Assembly: GCF_902713615.1 (NCBI RefSeq) | Contig: NC_052158.1 | Coordinates: forward strand, 43,673,159-43,737,158 | Reading direction: 5' to 3' | Length of the DNA: 64,000 bases | DNA from: Scyliorhinus canicula | Lineage: Eukaryota | Shown: one piece after another, positions 43,890 through 56,043 of the stretch | Position numbering within the stretch: position 1 is the stretch's first letter | Layout: every line of letters begins with the position of its first letter | Position numbers and translations under genes: made by a program | Notes under the pieces: model-generated | The model's database searches: none | The model's input: only the letters and a program-made list of their open reading frames with translations | Told to the model about the DNA's origin: nothing

Positions 43890-46800
43890 CTCTATTGCCA
43901 ATTGTTGGTTTGAAGTCGTACTTATGGGCGGAGACAAAGTCGGGTCTATGGGCGTGGACGTACTGTCATGGCTGGGGGAATGTTGGACAAGGTTGTCGAT
44001 GGGCAGGGTGGCATCGTCTGCTATTGCCGGGGAGTGGCTACATTGGGTTCCATGGACTTTGAGCTGGTTGATGTGGAACCAACCAGTTTTACCATTGGGA
44101 TACGTTACCTTGTACACAGAGGGGCTCACTTTGTCCGAAATGGAGTAGGGTCCTGCAAATTTAGGGGAGAGGAACAAACTGGGATTGTACGGAGAAACCA
44201 TCACTTGCTGACCGACTGTATACTCTACGGGGTGAACTGTTTTATCAAAGCAGGCCTTACTCTGCTTTTTCCTAGCACCTAGTCGGACAGCTGCAGCGAG
44301 CTGGGTTGTTTTAATATTTTACATGACTTGTTGGACTGCTTTTTCATGGGTGAGGGCAGTGAATGTGGGGCTTGCCAAATCGAGACCTAATAAATATTCA
44401 GTTCCTTTAATGGGCCGTCCAGTCATGAGAGTGTGGGGGGTGAAACGTGTGGAACTGGATACTGTGTTCCTAACAAACATAAAGGTGAATGGGAGGACTG
44501 TGTCCCATGTGGTATTTTGCTGTTGCACCATTTTTCTAATGGTCGCTTTCAAGGTGCAATTAATTCGTTCCACAATGCCGCTGGATTGGGGGTGCTACAC
44601 TCTGTGAAATTTTTGCTTGATTCCAAAAACCATTCGGACATTTTGCATGACTCTGCTGGTGAAATGGGAACCTTTATCTGACTCAATGCTACGGGAAAGA
44701 CCCCAGAGCGTAAATATCTGTTGGGTCAAAATCTTAGCTGTGGCTTTCGCTGTGTTCGTCCGGGATGGAAATGCTTCTACCCATTTTGGAAAGGTGTCAA
44801 TTACTACTAATATATATTTAAAACCATTTCTGCAGGTGGGAGGGGGGGGGGGGGGGGGGGGGGGGGTGTAGGGGACCAATGTAGCTGAGCTGTAAATTTG
44901 TCCATGGGCCATTAAAAAGTCGGGTTAATACCCAATCGCATCTAAAATAGCCGTTTTCATCTCCTGTAGGGTTCCTCCTCCTACATTCTGGGGTTCTGGT
45001 AAAGCTGAGCTAATGGACGGGTCAAGGCTCATGACTATAAGCTTAACTTCCTCCCTTTCATCTCGACCGTACATAACCGTTTGCTGTCGTACTCTCTCAA
45101 ATAAATTATTTGGGTCTGTGGTGAGTCCGAATAGTTCAATTTTGGCGCAGGCATCTCTCAATTGGGTGATGGTTAGTTGGCTGGTGTGAACAAAATCAGG
45201 CTCATCCCGATCCGATGACTTGCACTGTGTGGTGACTGGATTCATGGGGGTGTGTGCTGCCTGTGCAATGGGTGGTGCGGGTGCTTTTCTTTTCGGGGTC
45301 TGGGGCGGGGGGGGGGGGGGGGGGGGGGGGGTGGTGTGCTCTATTGTGTTTTTCGGTATTCTCCACATATCTATGGGTGATTTCATTTAGTTCTTGCCAA
45401 TTGGGGCTGTTCTCCTCATCTAAATCTTGTCCAAAGGTATCTCTGAATCCGTTTTGCACTGACAGTAGTGACTGCAACTTCTCTATTTGTCGTCTACATT
45501 TCGTGTGATCTACTGTGCTCTGTCTTTGTTCTGTAGTGGAGCTATGGAACGCTCGTAAAGCTGCCTTTAAATCTGTGCATTGTCTTGTTAACTGTGCTAC
45601 CTGCTGTTCTGTCTCTTGTACCAAAATTGCGCGCTGTGTATCTTGATAGGCTTTATCGTACTGGATCTGAAAGCTGCTGAGGTGAACTAAACAAGATTGG
45701 TGTGCCCATTTGACATCAGCCATCTCTTTATCTTTAGCTGCCAACTGTTCCCGGAGTTGCTCATTAATCTTTTCACATTCACTATAGTTTCCCTCATTCT
45801 TCTCCTCTTCTCAACTAGCTGTCTGCGGAGCGACCTCCTCTGTGCCTCGCAACTGTGCCAAACAGGACACTATTGCCATCGGCTTACGAACTTTCGCTGC
45901 ATTCTTCTTTTGTACCTCGGTTAGGTTGTCCCACCAGGTTTGTCTTATTCCTCCTGGACTTGACTCATCATTTGAGCAAAACCCGGACCAAAGCTTTCCC
46001 CTTCAAATACTTCCTCAATTCCTCTTCCCATATGGGTCACTGCTCTGTTCTGTTGGTTCTGTTACCTTATATCCCTGTTAGTACGCATGCAGATTAATAC
46101 ACACTTCCGAATCTTGGTGATTTGATCGATACAGGCCTTACACTTGTGGTTTCTTTCACTTTTCCTCAATTGGATTTCTAATGCAAAGTTTTGTGGGTTC
46201 TCTCGGAGTGACAAAATCACTTCTAGGTCGAGTCCCGTCAGATGTTGCCAATAATGTTGCCAATCGGCACCAATAATGTTGCCAAATTAACTAGATATGG
46301 CAGTTATTAATGATAATATTACTTTTCAGAGTCGCCAGGTATCAAATGATACCACCACAAGGCTTTACCAGATATCGATCAAAGGCCAAACAACCAGTTA
46401 GTCAGTTCAAGTTCAAAGATGGTTTATTTACACACAAGGATTGCTTCGACATGCAACATAAAACACTACAAGTTAAACTACACCTAACAACTACAATAAG
46501 CTATACTTAACTTCAGGGCAACCGGCTGTTTGCAGATGAACAAGGCCTTTGTTGGGATCTTGCGTGGCTGGGTAGAAGAAGTGGCTTCGTTTCTGCTGGG
46601 CTCATCCGTCTGGTAGCGATCGTTGGTCTTGAACTTGTCTTCTGGTCGTAGTGCGACACTTGGTTTTAGGCCTAGGCTGGGGCCAAGAGAGACCGAACAC
46701 ATGGCTGTGTCTCTTTTCCTCCCTCTGGGATTTCGCACTCTTTGGGGCGGTCCTTAGCTTTGGACCTAATAATTCGACAGGCATCGATCACTATCTTCGA

Positions 46801-47397
46801 TTTTGGCCAATAAAGGGGCGGGTGCCTTGATGGCTTGGCATGTCCTGAGCGGTCATTGACCTTGACTGTTTGGGCTTTCTTAGCAAAGGGAGTGGCGCCG
46901 GTTAGTCTGCATCTGTACTGGTTACCTGAGTACAGTCCTTTCGTTCTGGGGAAATGGGCCATTAGAATGCAAACGAGCGGGGGTTTCGATTGCATCTGGC
47001 TTTCTGGGTTGCAAATACACACACAAGCTCTGAATCTGTCTGAGTCCTGTGCTGGCCATAATTCCCATGGTCCTTTGCAAGTGGCCATCCCAGATGGCTA
47101 CGCGGCGAGCAGGCTCCTTGGTGCAGAAATCGGGGCCAAGTGCGGCCTCGGCACCATGTTCCCCGCTGAGGCCCCTTATTTAACGCAAGTGGCATTTTAT
47201 AGCTTTGTGTTTCCCAGCGCTCACGGCTAAACGTGCTCACTATGGGACTTTGTTCTCATTTAGTTAAATCGCGCCATATATATCTATGCCACTGGCGGGT
47301 GGTAAGAGCGGGAGAGATTCATGGTCAGCCATATGATGGTCAGCCTCTAATCGCAGCTCAAGGCTGCAACATGCATGTAAAAATGCATGTTGCCACA
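43890..47397 (-). mobile_element. Retrovirus-like or large-Gag Gypsy LTR element: 1.1-kb LTR, gag, integrase; protease-RT-RNase H deleted
   Basis: LTR 46296-47397 (TGTGGCA...TGCCATA on -, AATAAA near 46425); PBS-like TGGCAACATCTGACGGGACTCG at ~46230-46250; gag ~46100-44930; integrase KYILVVIDTFPKWVEAFP, SDKGSHFT, VER, KFAGPY. Confidence 0.8.
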
Positions 47398-48114
47398 GCT
47401 ACAACGACTCACTGAGTGAACTGCAACATTCATCACGTACATAGAATCTGGTACACGGAAACAAGCTATTCAGCCCACCTAGTTTATGCGAGCACAAAGT
47501 GATCTACAGATGAGGAATGCCTGTACAGGTAGATAGTGATCAAAGATCACGTTTCTTTTGAAAGAACTGCAGAAACCGACGATGATTAAACACAAATTGC
47601 ACATGTCTCACCATCCTCAAACATCTGGAGGGATAGAAAGAGGAAGAGCAGCCTACAATCGATGTTCAATGAGTTCTGTGCAGACGAGCCCCTTGATGAT
47701 ATGTTAGCCAATTACTGCCCCCATATGTTTACCAGCTTTGTGATCTGCAGGAATGAACCACTAGCAGGTAATGACTGATGTGTACATAAAGACATCTAAT
47801 GATACCCACAGTAACTCCTCTAGTTCAACAGAGACTGAATAGTTGAACCAGATGATATATTGCATTGAGCAGATAATTTCTAGCGAGAAATCTGTGAAAA
47901 TCCCAAAAAACAGATAAAAAACTCCTTTGATTAAAACGGTTCGACTGGTTGAGTTTCAAGTTGGAGACACTATAATGGCTCTCAAGGATGGGAAGAAAGC
48001 AAGCATGCTTTTGAATTCAATTGCCAAGGACAATTGACAGAGCTAGTTCCATCAGTATATAGTTCAGTTTCTAGATAAGAAGGGGCACAATTATATCCAA
48101 TTGTATCATATTAA

Positions 48115-48405
48115 TGGGTGGCACAGTAGCACAGTGCTTCACAGCGCCAAGGACCTGGGTTTGATTCCCGGCTTGGGTCACTGTCTGTGCGGAGTCTGCA
48201 CGTTCTCCCCATGTCTGCATGGGTTTCCTCCGGGTGCACCAGTTTACTCTTACAAGTAAATTGCTTGTTGGGTGAATTGGATATTCTGAATTCTCCCTCA
48301 GTGTACCCGAACAGGGGCCTTAGTGTGGTGACTAGGGGATTTTCACATTAACTTCATTGCAGTGTAGTAGTAAACCTACTTGTGACACTAATAAAGATTA
48401 TTATT
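48115..48405 (+). mobile_element. V-SINE, long-tail type
   Basis: Head, V-core, tail ending AATAAAGATTATTATT. Confidence 0.8.
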
Positions 48406-48409
48406 GTTT

Positions 48410-49880
48410 GCACCAACTTCAGCCAGAAGTGCTGAGTGGACGATCCACTTCGGCCTCCTGAGGTCCCAAGCAACTCAGATGCCAATTTGATTCACTCCCC
48501 GTGATAGCATGAAAGGTTGAAGGCACTGGATTCTGAAAAGTATATATCAGCCTTGGCAATATTCCTGCAATAATACTGAAGATTTGAGCTCCAGAACTTG
48601 CTGTGAAACCTAGGCAAGCTGTTCCAATACAGAGAGAACACTGGCATCTATCTGGCAACGTGGAAAATTGCCCAGATATGTCCCGTCCACAAGAAACAGG
48701 ACAAATCCAACCCGTACAATTACTTCCCCATCAGTCTATTCTTGTCATCAGTGCTATCACGCCGTACTTAGTCAGCAATAACATTCTGGAAAGACCCTGG
48801 CACGCTTTGTTGCCGTCTGGCGGCAGAGGTCCTGGTAGAGGGTCTCCTTACCATTGGAGTCCTGGGGTGGAGGGTGTTGCACTGTTGCACGCAGCAGTCC
48901 CATGGGTTGCATTGGTTCACGGAATCTCAAGATTTTTGTGCCTTTTGCGGCCTTGCGAAGTACGTGTGGACCATGCATATGTAAACTGTGCAATGCTGCA
49001 ACCCTTTTTCAATTTTCAAAGAAAACATTTGCTTTCATTTTTGCTTCCACTTCAACCCCATGCTCCTGATCTTCAGGCTCCTGGTGTGGGGGGACGCGGG
49101 GAGGGAGTAGGACCTCCTTGTGGGACTGCTCCTGGGCCTGGCCAGCTGGTCATTAATAAATCCAGGCAGCAGATGGTCAAGGGAGCCGTCTGTCCCGACT
49201 GTTTGCTCCTCTTCCTGGGAAGGGAACACGCAGTGTCTGCCGGCACCATCGAGCCCTTGCTCACGGGCACTGGGGTGGTCAACCACTTCAATCACATTTT
49301 GTTTTGATGTTTTTAAGTTTTTTTGACATTCTGTTTTTACTTTGATACAGTTTCCATTTAAGGAGCTGCCTTTTAATTTGTCCCTCAAATTTGTTGATTT
49401 AATTTATTTGCTTACCCAAAAGAAGCAGAGTAATAACATAACGCTCAATTTGGGTTTCACCAGGGTCACTCAGCTCGTGACCTCTTTGGAGCCTTGGTTC
49501 AAACATTGAAGAGCTGAACTCCAGAGGTGTGGTGAGAGCGACTGCCCTTGACATCAAGGCAGCCATTGACTGTGTGGCATCAAGGAGCCCTAACAAAACT
49601 GGAGTCAATGGGAATCAGGGCAACACCCTCTGCTGGTTGGAGTCATACCTGAAACAAAGGATGATGGTGTGCTGATTTGAGATCAATCATCTCAGCTCCA
49701 GGACAGAAATTCCTCAGGATAGTATCTCAGGCCCAGTCATCTTCAGCTGCTTCATCAAAGGTCAGAAATGGGGAATGTTCACTAATGATTGCACAGCATT
49801 CACAAGACAAACTGCAGCAGTTCATGAAGGCAGCTGACCAAATACTGGCCTCACCATCGATGCCCACATCCCGTGAAAGA
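48410..49880 (+). mobile_element. CR1/L2-group LINE RT fragments with an unrelated insert at ~48790-49350
   Basis: WKIAQICPVHKKQDKSNP.NY.PISL (48650-48750) and ALDIKAA (49540-49565). Confidence 0.65.
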
Positions 49881-51589
49881 ATGAATAAATAAATAATGCT
49901 CGTCAACACCAGTGGATAAGCATTTGGTTATTATTCTGAATTGGGCTCATGGAATTGCATTGATTTAATTAATAATTATGGTATCTTACTTGAAACACTT
50001 AATGAAACACTAGGTCAAAAGAGAAGATAATTTTCAATTAGTTGCATCAATTACATGTTAATTGGGTAAATATGAGGAGTCAGAAAAGATGCCTCCTATC
50101 AAGGTGTGGGCTGTAAGGGGATGGAATAAACTTTCACTTCTCTATTTATATTAGTGTTTATTTAGCTATTCAATGCCTGGAGGAATAAATTATAATATGC
50201 AAATTATCTAACGAGATGTGAAAGAGCACGAGACCAAACATAGATTAAACTGTTGATACTTACACAATGTGGGACTAAAGACAGATGCATCCTGTTATGA
50301 ATGAGTGCATGCAAAAGGCATGATACTTTTAGATGTTGATTTTCAGAGGTGTACTTGTACAAAGAATACAGAAAGTTAGCATGCAGGTACGGTGAATTCA
50401 GAAAGCAAATTACATTTTGGTCTTTATTGCAAGAGAATGTGACAACATGAATTTAAAAAGCCTTGCTACAATTGTGTGGGTTTTTGGTGACTCCACACCT
50501 GGAATACTGTGTGCACATTCCATCTCCATACTTGCTTTGGGGGGCAGCACAGGGAATGGTTACTGGATTGGTCCCTGGAATGAGATGGTTGTCTTATGAT
50601 GAGAGTTGAGAAATGTTATTTGTTTACTTTAAAATTCATTTATGGGATGTGGGCGTCATTGGCTAGGCCATCATTTAGTTCCCATCCATAATCACTCTTG
50701 AGAAAGTGGTGAGCTGCCTTCTTGAATCGCTGCAGTCTGTGATGTAGGTACACCTACAGTGCTGTTAGGGAGGGTGTTGCAGGATTTTCCCCTATGTACA
50801 TGGGTGATATATTTCCAAGTTGGGATGTTTAACTTCTCAATCTGGGGAGTTCCTGTTCAGCCTCCTTCTCACTCTGTCACTGGCTTTTCATTGACACAAA
50901 CCAATACAATGCTTCTCCTGAGCTGTGAACCATCCCAACACTCATGGATTGGATTGGATTGGATTTGTTTATTGTCACGTGTACCGAGGTACAGTGAAAA
51001 GTATTTTTCTGCAAGCAGCTCAACAGATCATTCAGTACATGGGAAGAAAAGGGAATTAAACAGAATTCAAGAAAATACATGAGAATACATAATAGGGCAA
51101 CACAATATATACAATGTACTACATAAGCATTGGCATCGGATGAAGCAGACACAACGTCACCTCCACCTTTGAGGCAAATACTGTCCCTTTAACTCCTGTC
51201 TTCAGTTTGCTCAACACCCCAAACAGTCACTACTGTGAAATGGCAACTGATAATATGTAAAGTTAGATTGAGAGATTTACATCATGAAGGTGATGAAGGA
51301 ATGAATATAGAACAAAGTGGGATGGATGGGGTGAATATACAAATCAGACATTATCTAATTGTCTGGTGGAACAGGCTTGAGGGGCTAAAATTTGCTAAAT
51401 GGTCTCGTCCTGCTCTGATGTTCCTTAATTTATCGGGTGTTCAGGATTTATATGGATCGGCCATCATGGAATTAAAGTGGGGTCAGGATTGAGGGGCTGA
51501 TTGGCCATCACCTGTAGCTGTGAATGTTTAAAACAATGGAACATCATTGTTCAGAGACAGTCAATCCATGAGAACTATGCTGAGAAATG

Positions 51590-52035
51590 TCTTCACTGAA
51601 TTAACTCGGTTTGGAGAAACTCGGTTTGTTCTCACTGGAACAACGGAGGTTCAGGGGCAATCTGATAGAAATCTACAAAATTATGAGGGACATGGACTGA
51701 GTGGACAGTCAGAAGCTTTTTCCCAAGGTGGAAGAGTCAATTACTAGAGGACATAGGTTTAAGGTGTGAGGGAAAAGTTAACATGCAAGTGTGAGATGTG
51801 CGGGAGGTTTTTTATAGAGGATAATGGGTGCCGAGAACTCGCTGCCTGAAGTGGTGGTGGAAGCAGGTACGATAGTGACGCTGAAGGGGCGTCTTGACAA
51901 ATACACGTGTCAGATAGGAATAGAGAGATATGGACCCCGGAAGTGAAGGTTTTAGGTGAGACGGGCAGCATGGTCGGCACATGCTTGGGGGGGCCGAAGT
52001 GTCTGTTCCTGTGCTGTACTTTTCTTTGTTCTTAG
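51590..52035 (+). mobile_element. CR1 LINE 3' end
   Basis: LFSLEQRRFRG.LIE.YKIM-like coding, actagaggacataggtttaagg, tail cctgtgctgtact. Confidence 0.75.
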
Positions 52036-54213
52036 AAAGGATTGTGCATCTTTGGAATTCTCTTCCACAGGGAGCTGTCGATGTTCATTCACTGAATTGA
52101 TTCGAGACTGAGATTGATGGATTTAGGAAGACGAGGGAATAAGGGAGATGGGGTAGTGTGGGAAGGTGGGATTGAGGTAGAAGATTAGCCCTGTAGCCCT
52201 GATCATATTGAATGGAACATCAGGCAGTAGGGGCTGATTGGTCAATTCCTGCTCCTATTTCTTATAATCTTCTGTTCACCGTGTTCTCTGGGTGGTTATA
52301 CCTGTTGTTAATTCTTGTGCAGCAGTCATTATAACAAACATGATCAATTTAATTAAAACAATTTGAGGAGATCACTGACATGCTGGACAGGGTCTCTAGA
52401 GGTTTCCCTATATATGGACTTCGGAGATCGGAGACAGAGAGCTGGGATAAAGGGAATGTTCTCTGATTGTCTAGGCGTGTTCCTTCGGGATCGGACTGGA
52501 GGCTCAGCTTTTCATTATATTGATCAATAAATTTGATGGTGGAATAGTCTGGGGTAGTTTACTGATGACACTAAGTGAGGTGACAGTCAGTACTGTGGAT
52601 AGGGTGGAAAGTTGCAAAGGGACATCGATAGATTAATCGACAAATCAACAAGGTAATCTGATTTAAGCTAAAATTTATTGCGAGTTATAAATCCATACAG
52701 AAGATTGATAAAAACAACAGATAAATAACAACAAAATATTCAGTTTATCCCAAACCCTGAATCAACCAAAATAACAAAGCATTTGAAAATGACTCAAGGG
52801 GCTGGATTCTCTGGTCCCCCAGCAACATGTTTTGCAGCAACGGGCCGTTCGCAGTCGGCAGGATTCTGTAGTCCCACCACTTGTCAATGGGGTTTTCCAT
52901 TGAAGTCACCCCACTCTGCTGGGAAATCCACAGGTCGGGGTGCGCTGAAGGTGGGGAAAGTGAATTACAATGGCCGGAGAATTCTACCAAAATTCTTTCC
53001 CAGAACATGAGATGAATCTTGAAAGAGTGTCAGGTGAACATATCATAGTTATTACATCGAGGTATGATGGGCTGAGGGAACTCAGGTCTGGAGAGACTCA
53101 CCCCCGTTCCCTCACCATACTCAGGATAGTAGTCTCCCCAGACAGGAGAGTACAAACATTACCCATGGTATTAGTCAAACACCCGTCATCTGAAGAGGAT
53201 CTTTCTATAATTAACATCACCATCTAAAGCAGGATCCGATTTTACCCCATACCCACTCCTGAGAGCTGGCTCACTTTACTGACACACACGTACATGAGGG
53301 GAAATTCTCTCAGAATACTACAGACAGAGGTTTCTTTAAAATCCCTGTGCTGTAGTCTGCCTCCCAATTCCAATGCTCAGAAATTACACTGAACTTTAGT
53401 GACACAAGATGGGGCTTGTTTCCATCAAGGAAAGGTCAAGAGAGGTTTTCTGGAGTGGACAACGATACTGCAGTCACCTACAAACTGTAGACCATGTGAA
53501 TCTATGGTGATCAGTTTAGTTATGACAAGGAGGTGACAACGGTAATTGAGTTTCCCATTGAGATGATATTTAATACTAACACCAGAGGGTAGTTAATTTT
53601 TGATGAGGTGAATAGTCACTCCCAGGTATATTGTAAATAGAAAAGGAGCTATCACACATCCTTGCTTGACACCAGTCTGGATTTTGAAGGCTTCTGTTTC
53701 AGATCTCCCGCTCAGTCACAGTCATATCATCAAAAAGCAACTGCAGAATTGTGATGAAGTTTCTTGGACATCCAAATCATTGGAGCAGAAAGAAATATAT
53801 TTTTATAATATATATATGGTAGGTCAGAAGCTGAAACCTTTCCAAATACTGATTATCTGATTGTCTTCTTGGTCAGAGTGAGAGTCAGTGAGTGACTTGT
53901 ATCTGACGCTGCACTGAAAGGATGCTGAGTTTATACAGCAGCTTCTATACAAATTGATGTCTTCTTTTGGTGATGTTTGGCCATCTGGTCAAAGGTTAAA
54001 TGGACTTTTTGAAATTACTGAACTGATGATGCGGGAGTGTATGGAGACAGGCACTGCTGAGACAGACAGTGCCTTGGAACGACAGCTCCTCTGTGTGAGC
54101 ACTGGAGGGTAAACAACACAGACAACTCTCAGTGTAAGGGAAGCAGGTGAGCCGGCTCCAAGTCCGTGTGGGGATGTTGGCGAGAGGAGTAGGTGAAACG
54201 TTTCTGGCACATG

Positions 54214-54438
54214 TCAGGCTGGAAGGCTTTGTCTCTGATGTTCCAGGAGATCTGACATCTGCGTAAAGGCTTTATTACAGAACTCACACAGGGTTTCTCC
54301 CCTGTGAATGTGTTGTTGGACCAGGAGATACACAGGCAGCGTGAAAACCTTTTCATACACAGGTTTCTTGCCAGTGTGGATCCTCTGGTACTTCAGGAGG
54401 GTTGAAAACGTCACAAAAGATTTCTCACATTTGAAGGT
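54214..54438 (-). pseudogene. In-frame decayed zinc fingers beyond the stop of the ZNF ORF
   Basis: After TAA the same frame reads TFKCEKSF...YQRIHTGKKP...CEFCNKAFTQMSDLLEHQR. Confidence 0.75.
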
Positions 54439-56043
54439 TTATTCCCCTGAATGAATCCTCTGATGGAGGAGGAGTTTAGATGACTGCGAGAATGATTTGT
54501 CACACTCCTCACACTTGAATGGTTTCTCCCCCGTGTGAATATATCGGTGTCTACGGAGGTTCGATGGCTCTGAGAATGATTTGTCACATACCTTGCAGGT
54601 GAATGGTTTCTCCCCTGTGTGAATTCTCTGATGGTGCAGCAGTTTTGATGACTGCGAGAATGATTTTGCACACAGTTCACACGTGAACGGTCTCTCCCCA
54701 GTGTGAATGCGTTGGTGCACATGAAGGTTCGATGACCGCGAAAATGATTTGTTGCACACCTCACACGTGAACGGTTTCTCACCTGTGTGAATCCTCTGGT
54801 GCGTCAGGAGATCGGAGAAATAAGTGAACGCAGTTTCACAAACTTCACATCTGAAGGGTTTCTCTCCTGTATGAATGCGTTGGTGTGCACGGAGGGCTGA
54901 TGACCAGGAGAAAGATTTGTTGCACACCTCACACATGAATGGCTTCTCCCCTGTGTGGATGCGTAGGTGAGCACGGAGGGATGATGAGTCTGAGAAGGAT
55001 TTATCACACAGCTCGCATGTGAATGGTTTCTCCCCTGTGTGAATGCGTTGGTGTGCACTGAGGGCTGATGACCATGAGAACGATTTGTCACACACTTCAC
55101 ATGTGAATGGTTTTTCCCCAGTGTGGAGGCGTTTATGTACATGGAGGTTTGATAACCGCGAAAATGACTTATTACACATCTTGCAAGTGAATGGTTTCTC
55201 CCCAGTGTGAATACGTTTGTGCGCACGGAGGATTGCTGTGTCCGAGAATGATTTGTTGCATGCCTCACATGTGAATGGTTTCTCTCCGGTGTGATTACGT
55301 TGGTGTACACGCAATGCTGATGAAGCCAAGAATGATTTGTTGCACAACTTGCACGTGAATGGTTTCTCCCCAGTGTGAATGTATTGGTGTTTGCAGAGGG
55401 CGGTTGACCGCGAAAATGATTTGTCGCAAATCTCACACGTGAATGGTTTCTCCCCTGTGTGAATACGTTTGTGTACTCGGAGGGTTGATGAGGCAGAGAA
55501 CGATTTTTCACAAACGTGGCACGTGAATGGTTTCTCTCCTGTGTGAATACGTTCGTGCGCACGGAGGCTCGATGACCGTGAGAATGATTTGTGGCACACC
55601 TCGCATGTGAATGGCTTCTCCCCTGTGTGAATCCTCTGGTGGATCAGGAGATCAGAGGAGTGGGTGAAAGCTGTCTCACAAACCTCACACCTAAAGGGTT
55701 TCTCCCCTGTGTGAATACGTTGGTGTGCGCTGAGGGCCGATGCACATAAGAAAGATTTGTCACACACCTTGCACTTGAATGGTTTCTCAGCTGCGTGAAT
55801 CCGTTTGTGTCTACGGAGGCTTGATGACTGAGAGAATGATTTGTCACACACCTCACACGTGAATTGCATCTTCCCTTTGTGAACACGTTGGTGTGCATGG
55901 AGGACTGATAGATTTTCGAACGGTTTGTCACATACCTCACACTTGAATGGTTTCACCCCATTGTGAACGTATTGATTCTTGAATGTCAGTGATTCAGGGT
56001 GGGCTTGTTCGCATGCCTCAAATTTGAATGGTCTCACTTCCAT
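54439..56043 (-). CDS. Tandem C2H2 zinc-finger protein, 534 aa, 18 fingers with TGEKP linkers; no KRAB/SCAN domain seen
   Basis: 18 C-x2-C-x12-H-x3-H units counted in an uninterrupted ORF. The true start is uncertain because of an in-frame TAA shortly upstream. Confidence 0.9.
   Translation of the reverse strand: MEVRPFKFEACEQAHPESLTFKNQYVHNGVKPFKCEVCDKPFENLSVLHAHQRVHKGKMQFTCEVCDKSFSQSSSLRRHKRIHAAEKPFKCKVCDKSFLCASALSAHQRIHTGEKPFRCEVCETAFTHSSDLLIHQRIHTGEKPFTCEVCHKSFSRSSSLRAHERIHTGEKPFTCHVCEKSFSASSTLRVHKRIHTGEKPFTCEICDKSFSRSTALCKHQYIHTGEKPFTCKLCNKSFLASSALRVHQRNHTGEKPFTCEACNKSFSDTAILRAHKRIHTGEKPFTCKMCNKSFSRLSNLHVHKRLHTGEKPFTCEVCDKSFSWSSALSAHQRIHTGEKPFTCELCDKSFSDSSSLRAHLRIHTGEKPFMCEVCNKSFSWSSALRAHQRIHTGEKPFRCEVCETAFTYFSDLLTHQRIHTGEKPFTCEVCNKSFSRSSNLHVHQRIHTGERPFTCELCAKSFSQSSKLLHHQRIHTGEKPFTCKVCDKSFSEPSNLRRHRYIHTGEKPFKCEECDKSFSQSSKLLLHQRIHSGE

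Noticed and set aside
44840-45331. Polyproline motifs in integrase and Gag ORFs
   Set aside because: They come from long G homopolymers of uncertain length (slippage or sequencing); not reliable protein features.
4196-48405. tRNA genes (A and B boxes)
   Set aside because: The boxes are SINE heads followed by V-core and tails; no full cloverleaf.
48603-49307. 234-aa plus ORF as a gene
   Set aside because: Chimera of a LINE RT fragment and an unrelated inserted sequence.
54411-55940. Alternative-frame ORFs over the ZNF gene (252 aa, 123 aa, 98 aa)
   Set aside because: Shadow frames of the 84-bp finger periodicity.
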